A stretch of 62,000 bases of DNA from contig OX597834.1 of assembly GCA_951406725.2 (NCBI GenBank), positions 40,134,001-40,196,000 of the forward strand, given 5' to 3'. The notes under the pieces were generated by a model, which saw nothing but the letters and a program-made list of their open reading frames with translations, searched no databases and was not told where the DNA came from. Position numbers and translations under genes: made by a program. Shown piece by piece: positions 40,538 through 53,162 of this stretch; within the stretch, counting starts at the first letter, position 1, and every line of letters begins with the position of its first letter. The DNA comes from Octopus vulgaris (taxonomy: Eukaryota).

Positions 40538-40578
<41 letters not shown>

Positions 40579-41514
40579 TACACACACGACAGGCTTCTTT
40601 CAGTTTCCGTCTACCAAGTCCACTCACAAGTTTGGCTGGCCCAAAGCTATAGTAGAAGACACTTGTCCAAGGTACCACGCAGTGGGACTGAACCTGGAAT
40701 CATGTGGTTGGTAAGCAAGCTTATCCTACATTCATGAAGGAATCAACAACCTCAATTGAATTAATGAAGGTGTTGTTGTGTTGATGCCTTAATAGAGAAG
40801 TGAGGAGCTAAGCAATGATGTTCATGTTTTTACAGAGATGTGAATAGATGTGTTGTGATGTTCATTCCTTTCCCCACATATTGATAAGTGCTTTACAGCC
40901 ACAACTGAAAAATCAAAACTGCATCACAAACCCAGGACTTCTATTTACCAAACTCTCAGCCTAGTGAGAGAATCAGGAATTAGTTTATCAAATGTTGAAG
41001 GAATGGAGAAGAAGAATATTTCAATGGTTTAGAAATTAAAAGTGGAACAGTTCTAAGTTAAGACTCGTATCTTTTTTGGAAGTTTTTTTGACTTTGTTGT
41101 TGAGGAATTCTTGAGTGCCAAACCTATATCTCATATCTTTGGCATTGGAACAATTCTGTTGGTTTGGTTTAAACAAAGTGACAACACAAACAAGAAAGAA
41201 AGTGAAAGAGAGACACAAACGATCAAAGAATATGAGAGAGGGGGAGGGGGAGGAAGAAAGAGGAGAATAGAAGAAAAGAAAGAAGAGAGATAAAGAGAGT
41301 GATAGGGAGAGACAAGAAAGAGAGTAAAGAGAGAAAGAACCAAAGGATGGAGAGAAAGAAAGAAAGAGAAAGAAAGCATGAAAGAAAAAGAAAAGAGAAA
41401 AAGAAATAAAGAGAGAAAGGAAGACAGTGAGGGAGAAAGAGAGACACAAAAGGGAAAAATAGAGAGAGAGAGAGAGAGAGAGAGAAAAGCAAGATGGCTT
41501 ATTGTGTCTCTTAC

Positions 41515-41659
41515 CTTGTGTACATCTTCTATGGTTTTGTTGTATTGTGTTCTCTTTTATACTCTCCAAAGTATCGTAACCCCAGAATTTCTCAAACTCA
41601 TCCCTTCCTCCGTCAACACGGATCCTCGGAAGGTCTTTGTAGCCAATGTCTTTGGCTTG
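41515..41659 (-). CDS. Internal coding exon of an unidentified gene (QAKDIGYKDLPRIRVDGGRDEFEKFWGYDTLESIKENTIQQNHRRCTQ+G)
   Basis: Minus strand: pyrimidine-rich acceptor tttcctttctgtttttgcag, then 145 nt of complex non-repeat sequence, then donor CAAG|gtaaga. Only one frame is open throughout (phase 0 in, phase 1 out). Protein not recognised. Confidence 0.75.
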
Positions 41660-41802
41660 CTGCAAAAACAGAAAGGAAACAATGTCAGGAGTTAGAAAAC
41701 CAAATTGTACACATGGGTGTGTGTGTGGGTGTGTGTGTGTGTGTGGCTGCATCCATTTCTACAATAAATATTTTACCATCAGCTTCAATGCCCTCGGTGA
41801 GT

Positions 41803-42170
41803 AAACAAACACTTGTGTACTCAATGAGTACAGACCTTATAGCATTTGTAGTAAACAATTATGTACTCGCTTGGAGAGTACGGACCTTATAGTATTTTTA
41901 GTAAACAATTCTGTACTCGCTTGGAGAGTACAGACCGTATAGTATTTTTAGTAAACAATTCTGTACTCGCTTGGAGAGTACAGACCTTATAGTATTTTTA
42001 GTAAACAATTCTGTACTCGCTTGGAGAGTACGGACCGTATAGCATTTTTAGTAAACAATTCTGTACTCGCTTGGAGAGTACAGACCTTATAGCATTTTTA
42101 GTAACAATTCTTTTCTCATTTGAAGAGTACAGACCTTATAGCATTTTTGGTAAACAATTTTGTACTCACT
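41803..42170. repeat. 50-bp minisatellite, about 7 copies
   Basis: tgtactcgcttggagagtacagaccttatagtatttttagtaaacaattc recurs at 41862, 41912, 41962, 42012 and 42062, with degenerate ends. Confidence 0.95.
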
Positions 42171-42702
42171 TGACATAATAGACATAATTATGCCACAAGT
42201 CATAGTTCATCCGAAACAGCTGTCAAGATCAGACTATTACATCATTCCTTTTATCAGTTTGTATTCCATGTAAATACACTAGCCTACTTTGTTTATCTGC
42301 TTTCTTCATTTCTGTACACACACACACACACACAGACACACACACATTTATACATAGGCAAGAGATTTCTATTACAGCCTTGAGCTAGCCACTGCTTTGT
42401 GAATAGAATTAATAGACAGAAACTGTATGAAGGCCACTGTGTGTGTGTGTGTGTGTGTGTGTGTGAAGAGGCAGGACATAGACAGAAAAAACAAAGATGA
42501 TGATGACGATGATTATGATGACAGCAGCAACAATCATGATGAAAAAGATTATGATGATGGCTATGATGATTTTATATACCCTGAGCCGAACAGTGGGTAT
42601 ATAATACAGACAGACATACAGATATACAGTGAAATGCATAGAAATATATTTTCAAAGTGAGTACGTCTACACCCAATGTCACCCACCCTCGGGGGTACTC
42701 AC

Positions 42703-42741
42703 CCCTGAGTATAATGCTTCAATAGTTTTCTTCATCTCCAC
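42703..42741 (-). CDS. Candidate 39-nt exon (VEMKKTIEALYSG)
   Basis: aacaacag acceptor and GG|gtgagt donor; only frame 0 is open; phase 0-0, compatible with the exon 1 kb downstream. Polypyrimidine tract is weak. Confidence 0.4.
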
Positions 42742-42890
42742 CTGTTGTTAGCTTCGATGACAACAAAGGCTTCATTGATGTGAGTTATGAAAGCAAACAT
42801 TCATACTTGTCAGACCCAGCATACTTCACTCATCTTCCCCGGGTACCACACAACCGTTATCTCTCTTCCACCTCCACTCGGTGACCGAAT

Positions 42891-42925
<35 letters not shown>

Positions 42926-43099
42926 GGCTTCATTGATGTAAGATATAAGTGAAATGTTAAAGCATGTGTATGAATGTGATTAGCACAGTTCTACACAGTC
43001 GGGCATTTGTTGTAGTTGAATAATGACTTTGTTGTTGTTGCTGTTGCTGTTGTTGTTGTATGGGCTTTTTTCTTGGTGAGATGAGGGTGGAAGGAAAAG

Positions 43100-43134
<35 letters not shown>

Positions 43135-43153
43135 TACATTCACATTTAGCTCT

Positions 43154-43210
<57 letters not shown>

Positions 43211-43439
43211 CCAAGAGTAGTCATGTGGTAAGAAGCTTGCTTCCCAACCACATGGTTCCAGGTTCAGCTCCACCGCATGGAAACTTGGGCAAGTGTCATC
43301 TACTGTGGCCTAGGGCCAACCAAAGCCTTGTGAGTGGATTTGATAGACAGAAACTGAAAGAAGTCTGTTGTATATATATACAACAGACTTCTTTCAGTTT
43401 ATATATATATATATATATAAATATATATAAAAGAGTAAA

Positions 43440-43530
<91 letters not shown>

Positions 43531-43577
43531 AAAGCAGCAGAAATACAACAAAAGCTGTTACTCAGAGTTTCACGTTT

Positions 43578-43902
43578 CCGTTCGGTCATGAATAACCATG
43601 GGATTTGACCTAGAAAGTTCCCTTCCTAGGCACAAGTCCAGGCAAGGTTGTTTATGGAAGTCACCCATGCATACCAGCCTCTTCTTTCCACATCACCGAT
43701 GTTATCCAAGGGAAAGGCAAAAATGGCCGATACACCTTGGCACCAGGGACATCGCAACTCGTTTCTACTTCTGAGAGAACTAGAGCAGCGTGAAATAAAG
43801 TGTCTTGCTCAAGAACACAACATGCAACCTGGTATGGGAATTGAACTCACTACCTCATGATTGGGAGCCTGACCCTCTAACCACTGAGCCATGCACCTTC
43901 AC
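43578..43902 (-). mobile_element. SINE family C
   Basis: Same head and tail as 27128-27441. Confidence 0.8.
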
Positions 43903-43993
43903 ACATTTTAAGTGAGGAACACATATTTTAGCCTTTGGCACACTACATTTTCTCTAGAACTGTTTTCCCTGGCACTGCTCTGTTACTTCATCC

Positions 43994-44330
43994 TCATCAT
44001 CATCCTCATTATCATTTAACATCCGTTGTCCATGCTGGCATGGGTTGGACTGTTTGACCAGAGCTGGCAAGCTGGGCAGAGCTGTGCCAAACTCCAGTCT
44101 GCTTTGGCACAGTTTCTATGGCTGGATGCCCTCCCTAATGCCAACCACATTACAGAGTGTGCTGGGTGCTTTTTACATGGAACTGCACTGGTGCTTTTAC
44201 ATGGTGCCATATGAGCGCTTTTACGTGGCACCACATTCGACTCTTCTACATGGCACTACACAGGCACTCCTAAGTGGCACCCCATGGACACTTTTATATG
44301 GCACCGCCAAGAGTGCTTTACATCACCAGA
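43994..44330 (-). mobile_element. Diverged RTE 3' UTR copy
   Basis: (CAT)n tail and ctggatgccctccctaatgccaacc block; further copies at 54201-54432, 57252-57545 and 34876-35015 (+). Confidence 0.65.
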
Positions 44331-44552
44331 AGGACCGGTGTTAACATTTCTGCTGAGGAGTATAGGTCTTCTTCAGTAGAGGGGGAGAAAACTCATATGG
44401 TAACATTATGCACCTACAGAGTGCTTAAGGTTAATACAACAGGTGTGGTACAGAGGTACACAGTTGTACCACACAGTGGGTTAACTAACAGAATATGGTA
44501 ATGAATAAAGATATTATTAAATCATGCAACAATATTGTGTAAGTATACTATT

Positions 44553-44951
44553 TACTCTTTTACACTTTTACTTGTTTCAGTCATTTGACTGTGGACATGC
44601 TGGAGCACTGCCTTTAGTCGAGCAAATCGACCCCAGGACTTATTCGTCTATCGGTCTCTTTTGCTGAACTGCTAAGTTACGAGGACATAAACACACCAGC
44701 ATCTGTTGTCAAGCGATGTTGGAGGAACAAACACAGACACACAAACATATACACACACATAAATATACATATATACATACACATATGCGACGGGCTTCTT
44801 TCAGTTTCCATCTACCAAATCCACTCACAAGGCTTTGGTCGGTCCGAGGCTATAGTAGAAGCCACTTGCCTAAGGTGCCATGCAGTGGGACTGAACCCGG
44901 AACCATGTGGTTGGTAAGCAAACTACTTACCACACAGCCACTCCTGTGCCT
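44553..44951 (-). mobile_element. SINE family A
   Basis: Head to tail with a small internal deletion. Confidence 0.8.
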
Positions 44952-45059
44952 ATATATATGTATTTATGCAATTACATACACTTTTGATTATACAGCCTAC
45001 ACCAGTGTGTATATATACAATGTGAATATACATTAAGTATGTATAATTATAAGTGTTGT

Positions 45060-45206
45060 CTGTAATAGACAGACAGACAAGAATGGATAGCTAGGGAGAA
45101 AGAGAGAGAGACAGAGAGAGAGACGGATAAATAGATGGACAGATAGAGAGAGAGAGAATAGAAAGAGATGGATAAATAGATAGAGAGAGAGGAGATGGAT
45201 AGATAG

Positions 45207-45262
<56 letters not shown>

Positions 45263-45436
45263 TGGATAGATAGATAGATAGATAGATAGATATAGAAAAA
45301 TAGATAGATAGATAGATATAGAGAAAAAGAGAGAGAGACAGATAGAAACAGATAAATAGATGGATAAATAGAGAGATAGATATAGAAATGGATGGATGGA
45401 TGGATAGATAGATGGATGGATGGCTGGATACATGCA

Positions 45437-45470
<34 letters not shown>

Positions 45471-45512
45471 CATACATACATACATACATACATACATACA
45501 TACATACATACA

Positions 45513-45546
<34 letters not shown>

Positions 45547-45600
45547 CATACATACATACATACATTAATACATACATATATACACATGTACATACATACA
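45060..45600. repeat. Compound microsatellite (AG)n, (ATAG)n, (ATGG)n, (ATAC)n
   Basis: Contiguous tracts read directly from the sequence. Confidence 0.9.
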
Positions 45601-45859
45601 TAAAAAGACTTAGAGATTGTAGAGAGCTGACAATATAGAATAATGAGACGGGTCAAAACAAATATTGATCTGATGAAGAATTGGAAAATACAAAAAAATC
45701 ATGTTTTCATGGAAAAAGAAAAAAAAATAATGAAAAAGAAACAAAAAAGAAAGATGAGAAATCTTTCCATAGTAACAAAAGTGCAGATATCATTTCAAAC
45801 TAATTAAATATATTTTTTTTGTAACAAGACTACAGTGTCAATAACAACAACAACAACAC

Positions 45860-45890
<31 letters not shown>

Positions 45891-45932
45891 TATAATAATA
45901 ATAATGATATTAATAATAATAATAATTATAAT

Positions 45933-45998
<66 letters not shown>

Positions 45999-46038
45999 AA
46001 TAATGATATTAATAATTTATTCTTTTATTGGCCACAAA

Positions 46039-46724
46039 TTTCAAATTTTGGCGCAAGGCCAGCAAGTTCCGGGCCAGGATTAAATTGATTACATTGACCC
46101 CAGAGTTCAACTGGTATTTATTTTATCAAATCTGAAAGGATGAACCCAGAATTTAAAAAATGGACGAAATTCCACAAACCATTTTACCTAGTGTGCTAAT
46201 GATTCGGTCAGCTCACCACCTTAGTAGTAGTGGGAGTAGTAGTAGTAGTAGTAGAAGTAGTAGTAGTACTAGTAATGATAATTATTATTATTTCTACTCT
46301 AGGCACAAGGCCTTGAAAATTTTTGGGGGAAGGGGGCCAGTCGATTACATCAATTCTAGTGTGTAACTGGTACTTATTTCATTGACCCTGAAAGGATGAA
46401 AGGCAAAATCGACCTCAGCAGAATTTGAACTCAGAACATAATGGCAGACGAAATACCACTAAGCATTTCGCCCGGCATGCTAACAATTCTTATTTCTTTA
46501 TTGCCCACAAGGGGCTAAACATAGAGGGGACAAACAAGAACAGAGAAAGGGATTAAGTCAATTACATCAACCCCAGTGCATAACTGGTACTTAATTTATT
46601 GACCCTGAAAGGATGAAAGGCAAAGTCGACTGTGGCAGAATTTGAACTCAGAACATAAAGACAGACGAAATACCACTAAGCATCTCGCCTGGTGTGCTAA
46701 CGTTTCTGCCAGCTCAACGCCTTA

Positions 46725-46758
<34 letters not shown>

Positions 46759-47201
46759 GTTTCAAATTTTGGCACAAAGCCAGTATATGTGGGGGAGGGT
46801 TAAAGTTGATTATATCAACCCCCAGTGCTCAACTGGTACTTAATTTATTGACCCTGAAAGGATAAAAAGACAAAGTTGACCTCAGCAGAATTTGAACTCA
46901 GAACATAGCGCTGGGTAGATTACCGTTAAGCATTTCACCTGGATTGCTAACAATTCTGCCAGCTCACCACCTCGATAATAATAATAATAATCCTACTATA
47001 GGAACAAGGCTTGAAATTTTGGGGGAGGGGACCAATCGATTACGTCGAGCCCAGTACTCAGCTGGTACTTAATTTATCAACCCTGAAAGGATGACAGGCA
47101 AAGTCGACCTCGGTGGAATTTGAACTCAGAATGTAGCAGCAGACGAAATACTGCTAAGTAATTTTGTCCACAATGCTAACGATTCTGCCAGCTCACTGCC
47201 T
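46039..47201 (-). mobile_element. Cluster of five same-strand family B SINEs, mostly separated by (AAT)n/(AGT)n
   Basis: Copies at about 46039-46221, 46295-46490, 46491-46722, 46758-46972 and 46992-47201. Confidence 0.8.
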
Positions 47202-47238
47202 TGATAAAAATAATAATAATAATGATGATAATAATAAT

Positions 47239-47269
<31 letters not shown>

Positions 47270-47369
47270 TAATAATAATAATAATAATAATTAATAATAA
47301 TAATAATAATAATAGTAATAATAATGATGATGATGATGATGATAGTAATAGGTTGTGTTAGTGTTTCAT

Positions 47370-47950
47370 ACTCTTTTACTTGTTTCAGTCATTTGACTGT
47401 GGCCATGCTGGAGCACCGCCTTTAGTCAAGCAAATCAACCCCTAGTACTTCTATCAGTCTCTTTTGCCAAACCATTAAGTTATGGGGACATATACACACC
47501 AGCATCGGTTGTCAAGCTATGTTGGGGGGACAAACAAATACACACACATGCACATATATATATATATATTAAAATTATAAATTACGGTATCTACGAGATA
47601 CCACCATGCTGAAAATAGCAGCCATGATCCGACTCTAAAACCACCTAAAGTTTTCCTATAGCAACATGGAGAGAAGACAAATAGAATGTAAGTATTCGTA
47701 TGTTGTATTTATATATATATGTGTAGGTTCGTTATTTTATTTTAAATTAATGATCTTATCCTTATTTATATAAATTGATATATATACACCAGGCTTCTTT
47801 CAGTTTCCATCTACCAAATCCACTCACAAGGCTTTGGTCAGCCCGAGGCTATAGCAGAAGACACTTGCCCAAGGTGCCATGCAGTGGGACTGAACCCGGA
47901 ACCATGTGGTTCGTAAGCAAGCTACTAACCACACAGCCACTCCTACGCCT
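47370..47950 (-). mobile_element. SINE family A split at its microsatellite by about 200 bp of unrelated sequence
   Basis: 3' half 47370-47570, 5' half 47790-47950. Confidence 0.7.
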
Positions 47951-47981
47951 ATGTTGATAGTTAATAGTAAATAGTGAAATG

Positions 47982-48016
<35 letters not shown>

Positions 48017-48302
48017 GGAGAAGGACAATATTTATGGCACAGACTGCAGTACGTAGAGAAAGTACAATAGACAGACACACCATTTCTCGCTAAAGGTCAC
48101 TGCTGTATCTCATTAAAGTTACTCAGAAAATTGATATTTCCACTGTTTTCTATATACCAATTGTCTGTGAATATAATTTTATAATTAAGGTCCAGCTTGT
48201 CACTCGACTAATTAATGCCAATTCAACTAATTCTAATGTCAATAATATGCTAATTATGCCATATTTTAAACGAACTCGGTTGCAATCAGAAGGATGATGA
48301 AT

Positions 48303-48413
<111 letters not shown>

Positions 48414-48459
48414 GTGTGTGTGTGTGTGTTGTGTCTTTTTTTTTCGTTTTGTTTTATGA

Positions 48460-48845
48460 AGGTATGGCTGTGTGGTCAAGAAAATTTCTTGCTTCCCAAC
48501 TACACGTTTCCAGGTTCAATTCCACTGCACGGCACCTTGGGCAAGTATTTTCTGTTATGGCTCTCAGCTGACCAAAGCCTTGGGAATGGATTTGATAGAG
48601 GGAAACTAAAAGAATTCCGTCGTATATGTCTAGATATCATGTGATGTTTGTAAATGAGTATTGTCGTCATAGAAACGAGATTGTTAGTTTCTAGTCTTCA
48701 GTGAAAAACCTGTCAGGCCATGGAGAAATATTGCCCTGCTTGGAAACAGGTGAGGGTTGGCAACAGGAGGGGCATCCAGCCGTAGATAATCTGTCTCAGC
48801 AAATTCTGTGTGGCCCACTCAGGCATGGAAGAGAGGACATTAAAA
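48460..48845 (+). mobile_element. Second family A head plus module E chimera
   Basis: Same architecture as 38485-39040 with a short hinge. Confidence 0.65.
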
Positions 48846-49405
48846 TGGTGTGTGTTTGTGTGCATATGTGAAAGAATGTGAGTGGGAGTGTGGGGGGGAG
48901 GAGTGGGGGAGTGCTTGTGTGTGCTTGTGTGTGTGTGAGTGTACTTGTGTGTGTGTGTGTGAGTGTGCTTTTGTGAGTGTGTGTGTGAGTGTACTTGTGT
49001 GTGTGTCAGTGTGCTTGTGTGTGTGTGCTTGTGTGTGTGTGTGTGAGTGTACTTGTGTGTGTGTGTGAGTGTGCTTGTGTGTGTGTTTCCACATCTTGAC
49101 ATCGTGCAGTAGTTGTAAAGGAGTGTCACCCTCACAGGACTGGTGTCGTTCATTTCTGATTTTCTATATGAGGGTTGGCAACAGGAAGAGCATCCAGACA
49201 CAGAAACTCTGCCTCGATAAACTCCATCCGACCCATGCAGTCATGGAAAAGTGGACATTAAAACAACAACGGTTGTGGCGGTGAAGGTGATGACGATGAC
49301 AATGACAACGGTGATGACAGCAATAATGCTGATGATGACAACTTTACTATCAGCACTACCACATGACTGAAAATTTCCAGGTCCAGTCCCATCATGTTTG
49401 GCAGA

Positions 49406-50305
49406 CAGGCTCCAGTCTGATCTGGCAGTGTTTCTACAACTGGATGCCCTTCCTAACGCCGACCACTCCGAGAGTGTACTTTTTACTTAATTTATTGACC
49501 CCGAAAGGATGAAAGGCAAAGTCGACCTCGGCAGAATTTGAACTCAGGACATAAAGACAGACAAAATGCCTATTTCTTTACTACCCACAAGGGGCTAAAC
49601 ACAGAGGGGACAAACAAGGACAGACAAACGGATTGAGTCGATTATGTCGACCCCAGTGCGTAACTGGTACTTATTTGATCGACCCCGAAAGGATGAAGGT
49701 GCCAGGGGAGGCTGGCAATGGCGATGATCGGTTGGTGCTTTTTACGTGCCACCGGCACGGAAGCCAGTCAAGGCGGCGCTGGCATCGGCCACGTAGGGGT
49801 GGTGCTTTTTACCTGCCACCAGCACAGGTATCACAACTACAATTTCCATTTGATTTTTTGATGTTGATGTACTTGACTCAATAGTTCTCCTCAAGCACAG
49901 CAGGTTGCCTTATGATCCAAGGTAAGCACAGCAGGCCATCCTGCGATCCAAGGCACTTTGGATGGGCTGGGGCTGCTATGTGAAGCTGGTGCAGGAAACA
50001 GCCATGAACTCACGTTATTTGCTGGGTCTTCGCAGTCACAGAATATCTCCAGAGGTCTTGGTCTTTTGTCATTGCCTCTGTGAGGCCCAACGTTCGAAGG
50101 TCATGCTTGACCACCTCATCCCATGTCTTCTTGGGTCTACCTCTACCCCGGATTCCTTCAGCTGTATGGGAGCGGCACTTTTTCACACATCTCTCTTCAT
50201 CCATCCATAGTACCTGACCATACCAGCGCAGATGTCTCTCTTGCACGCCACATCCGATGCTTCTTATGTCCAGCATTTCTCTCACTGACATTACACATCC
50301 AGCAG
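49406..50305 (-). mobile_element. RTE-clade LINE 3' end (ORF2 C-terminus plus 3' UTR), 5'-truncated
   Basis: ORF 50010-50291 has RHLRWYGQVLWMDEERCVKK...RGRGRPKKTWDEVVKHDL, typical of the RTE ORF2 C-terminus; the UTR matches the (CAT)n-tailed repeats elsewhere in the window. Confidence 0.85.
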
Positions 50306-50318
50306 ATCATGCTAGCAT

Positions 50319-50373
<55 letters not shown>

Positions 50374-51295
50374 AATGTAAAAAAATACAAACTGGGACAA
50401 GAACGCGAAACATTTAGAAGACGATACAAAAACACGGACGGGACATTCGAAGCCTTCAATCTTCAGTCAAGAACCGGATCATCCTCGCAATTTCTGCTAA
50501 TGTATATATACACACACACACACACACGATGACCGTCTTTCTGATTCTGTCTACCAATTCCTCAAAGAGAGATAACTCTTCTTAGCGGAGTCTACTTGAC
50601 TGACAAAACGATGATGAATTTTGTTTTCTGAAAAAGCAACATTTTGGACATACGACACTTTTGCATAATAGTAGAATGATTTTTTGAGAAACAAGCATGG
50701 AAAAATTGGACATTAAATGACGGCGGCGGCGGTGGTGGTGGTGGTGACGGTGGTGGTGACGGTGGTGAGGGTAGTGGTGGTTATAATGGTGGTGGTTATG
50801 ATGGTGGTGATGGTGGTTATGATGGTGGTTATGATGGTGGTTATGATGGTGGTTATGATGGTGGTGGTGGTGGCGACCCAGAGTTTAAACAACAGCAACA
50901 ATTGCCAAGTGAATGAGGATAATGTAGTTCTAGATAAACTGTGTCTAAATAAAGGACGGGATGGTCATGGTTGGGATACAGCACCTGCGGCGTCTCTCAC
51001 AACAGCCTCGGATTCACTAAAACCTTGTCAATGGAATCTAACAAACGGAAACTGCAAATGACTTGTCTTCGGTGCTTGTGCGCGTGTGTAAGGGAGAGAG
51101 AGAGGATGTGGAAGTGAAAGTTGTGGGTGTGGGTGGGTGCGTGCGTGCGCGTGCGGGAGGGATTTAAATTGACTGTAATAAAGTTTAACTAAAGTGAAGT
51201 TGCAGTCGGCAACGGAATGCTTTGACGAATATGATGTAAGGGAGGTAACTGTGTTTGGCCTGTTTGCTGAGATGATCAGAAATGTCATTTTTTTT

Positions 51296-51334
<39 letters not shown>

Positions 51335-51539
51335 TACATACATAGACGCACTGTTTTACACACACGCACACATACAAAACATTTTACACACACATATACA
51401 TCACACACACACACACACACACACACATACATGCAAGTACAATACATAATTATATATACGTACACATACAACTCACACACGCACACACACGCACGTATAC
51501 ATAAACGCATACACATGTATATATATACACACAAAGAGC

Positions 51540-51915
51540 ATTCCGTCGGTTGCGACGACGAGGGTCCCAGCTGATCCTATCAACGGAACAGCTTGCTCGT
51601 GAAATCAACCTGAAAGTAGCTGAGTACTCCACAGACACGTGTACCCTTAACGTAGTTCTCAGGGAGATTAAGCGTGATACAGAATGTGACAAAGTCGGCC
51701 CATTTAATTACAGGTACACACTGCTCTAGTTCACTCAGCAGTAGAAACGAGTTGCGACGTCACAGGTGCCAAGCTGTATCGGCCCCTTTGCCTTTCCCTT
51801 GGATAACATCGGTGATGTGGGAAGAAGAGGCTGGTATGCATGGGCGACTGTTGGTCTTCCATAAACAACCTTGCCTGGACTTGTAGCTAGGAAGGGAACT
51901 TTCTAGGTCAAATCC
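51540..51915. mobile_element. Two fused headless SINE bodies
   Basis: 51540-51720 matches 3730-3900; 51730-51915 is the reverse complement of the family C body. Confidence 0.6.
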
Positions 51916-51998
51916 CATGGTTGTTCATTTACCCTTACTTTTAAATATATTTTTTTGTTTTTTAATTTTGTTCTAAGAGAAGAACCTTTTAACAACTA

Positions 51999-52564
51999 TT
52001 GGGTTGTCCAGAAAGTTTGTGCCGATTTATAGTAGCTTACCTTTCGACTTAATTTAGAACATGGCTGAGTCCTTAAAATAGGATTTGACTACACCTCCAT
52101 TTAGAGCACAGCTTAAGCTATATTTTCGTGGAAGAAGGTTTATGTTCCTGTAACCTGTGTTAATTCTGTAACCCTTTAAAATGGAAGATAAGAAAGTTCA
52201 TTTTCGGCACTTGATGCTTTGGGAACTAGACATAAATTGCTGCAGCTCGGCTGGGATGTGTTACCCCAGCCTCCATATTCACCAGATGTTGCTCCTTCGG
52301 ATTTCCACTTATTCAGGTCTCTGCAGAATAGTCTTAATGATAAAAATTTCAATTCCTTGGATGACGTAAAAAGATACCTTGATGAATTCTTTGCTATGAA
52401 ACCACCTCAATTCTAGGAAGAGGGTATTTTCAAGTTAAAGGAAAGATGGAGACACATTGTGCAACAAAATGATTCATATTTGGTTGATTAAAAATGTAAT
52501 GGCAAGTATTTATTGACCTTTTTCTTTCCTTTAAAAATCGGCACGAACTTTCCGGACAACCCAA
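51999..52564 (+). mobile_element. Internally deleted mariner, 566 bp, both TIRs intact
   Basis: 30-bp TIRs (ttgggttgtccagaaagtttgtgccgattt and its reverse complement, 2 mismatches) with TA on both flanks. N-terminal MEDKKVHFRHLMLWE is fused to C-terminal KLLQLGWDVLPQPPYSPDVAPSDFHLFRSL. Confidence 0.93.
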
Positions 52565-53140
52565 TAGTTTTATAGAAACTGCTTTCAAAATCCCTATTTT
52601 GTTTTTCACACATTAACTAATGTAAACTGAACTATGGAAAATGTGAGAGACAGAATCCAAGCTGTTTCTTGCAATATATACCAGTACATACATCTGAAGC
52701 AAAATTTTTTCATGAACCCCCTAAAATATTACTATGGTTCTCCCATTTACTATTCTGCTTGCATGGACCCCCAAAAATCTTTTATGAATTCTCAGGAATC
52801 ATAAGAACCCTGGTTGAAAACTACTGTATAAGATGTACTGATGCTAAAGATTGTACCTTTTCATTCAGCCATATGCCTTAGGTTGCACCTAGGGCTATAT
52901 AAATAATTAGGGGTCAAGTTCAGCTGAAATGGGGATGATTAGGGGTCACACAACAAATACGCACGAGACAGTTTACCCTTTCTTTGTGCATGGCTGGTGG
53001 CAAGATAATTGGCAGAAAATTGATTGAAATTAGTAAATTGCTAATAATTACTAAATTGCAAATAATTAACTGAATTACTAACGAGTAGGCAGGACTTGAA
53101 CTTCTGACATAACAGATAAAAACTTCAGAACGAAACTTAC

Positions 53141-53162
53141 CGAAAACTGGAAATGTCTCCAT
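53141..53162 (-). CDS. Candidate first coding exon (METFPVF+G) with upstream pyrimidine-rich putative 5' UTR
   Basis: cagaaATGG start context followed by TCG|gtaagt, a perfect donor; about 250 nt of unique CT-rich sequence upstream. Confidence 0.3.

Noticed and set aside
41803-42170. 50-bp array with internal palindrome as a CRISPR array
   Set aside because: No unique spacers, no cas genes, eukaryotic context.
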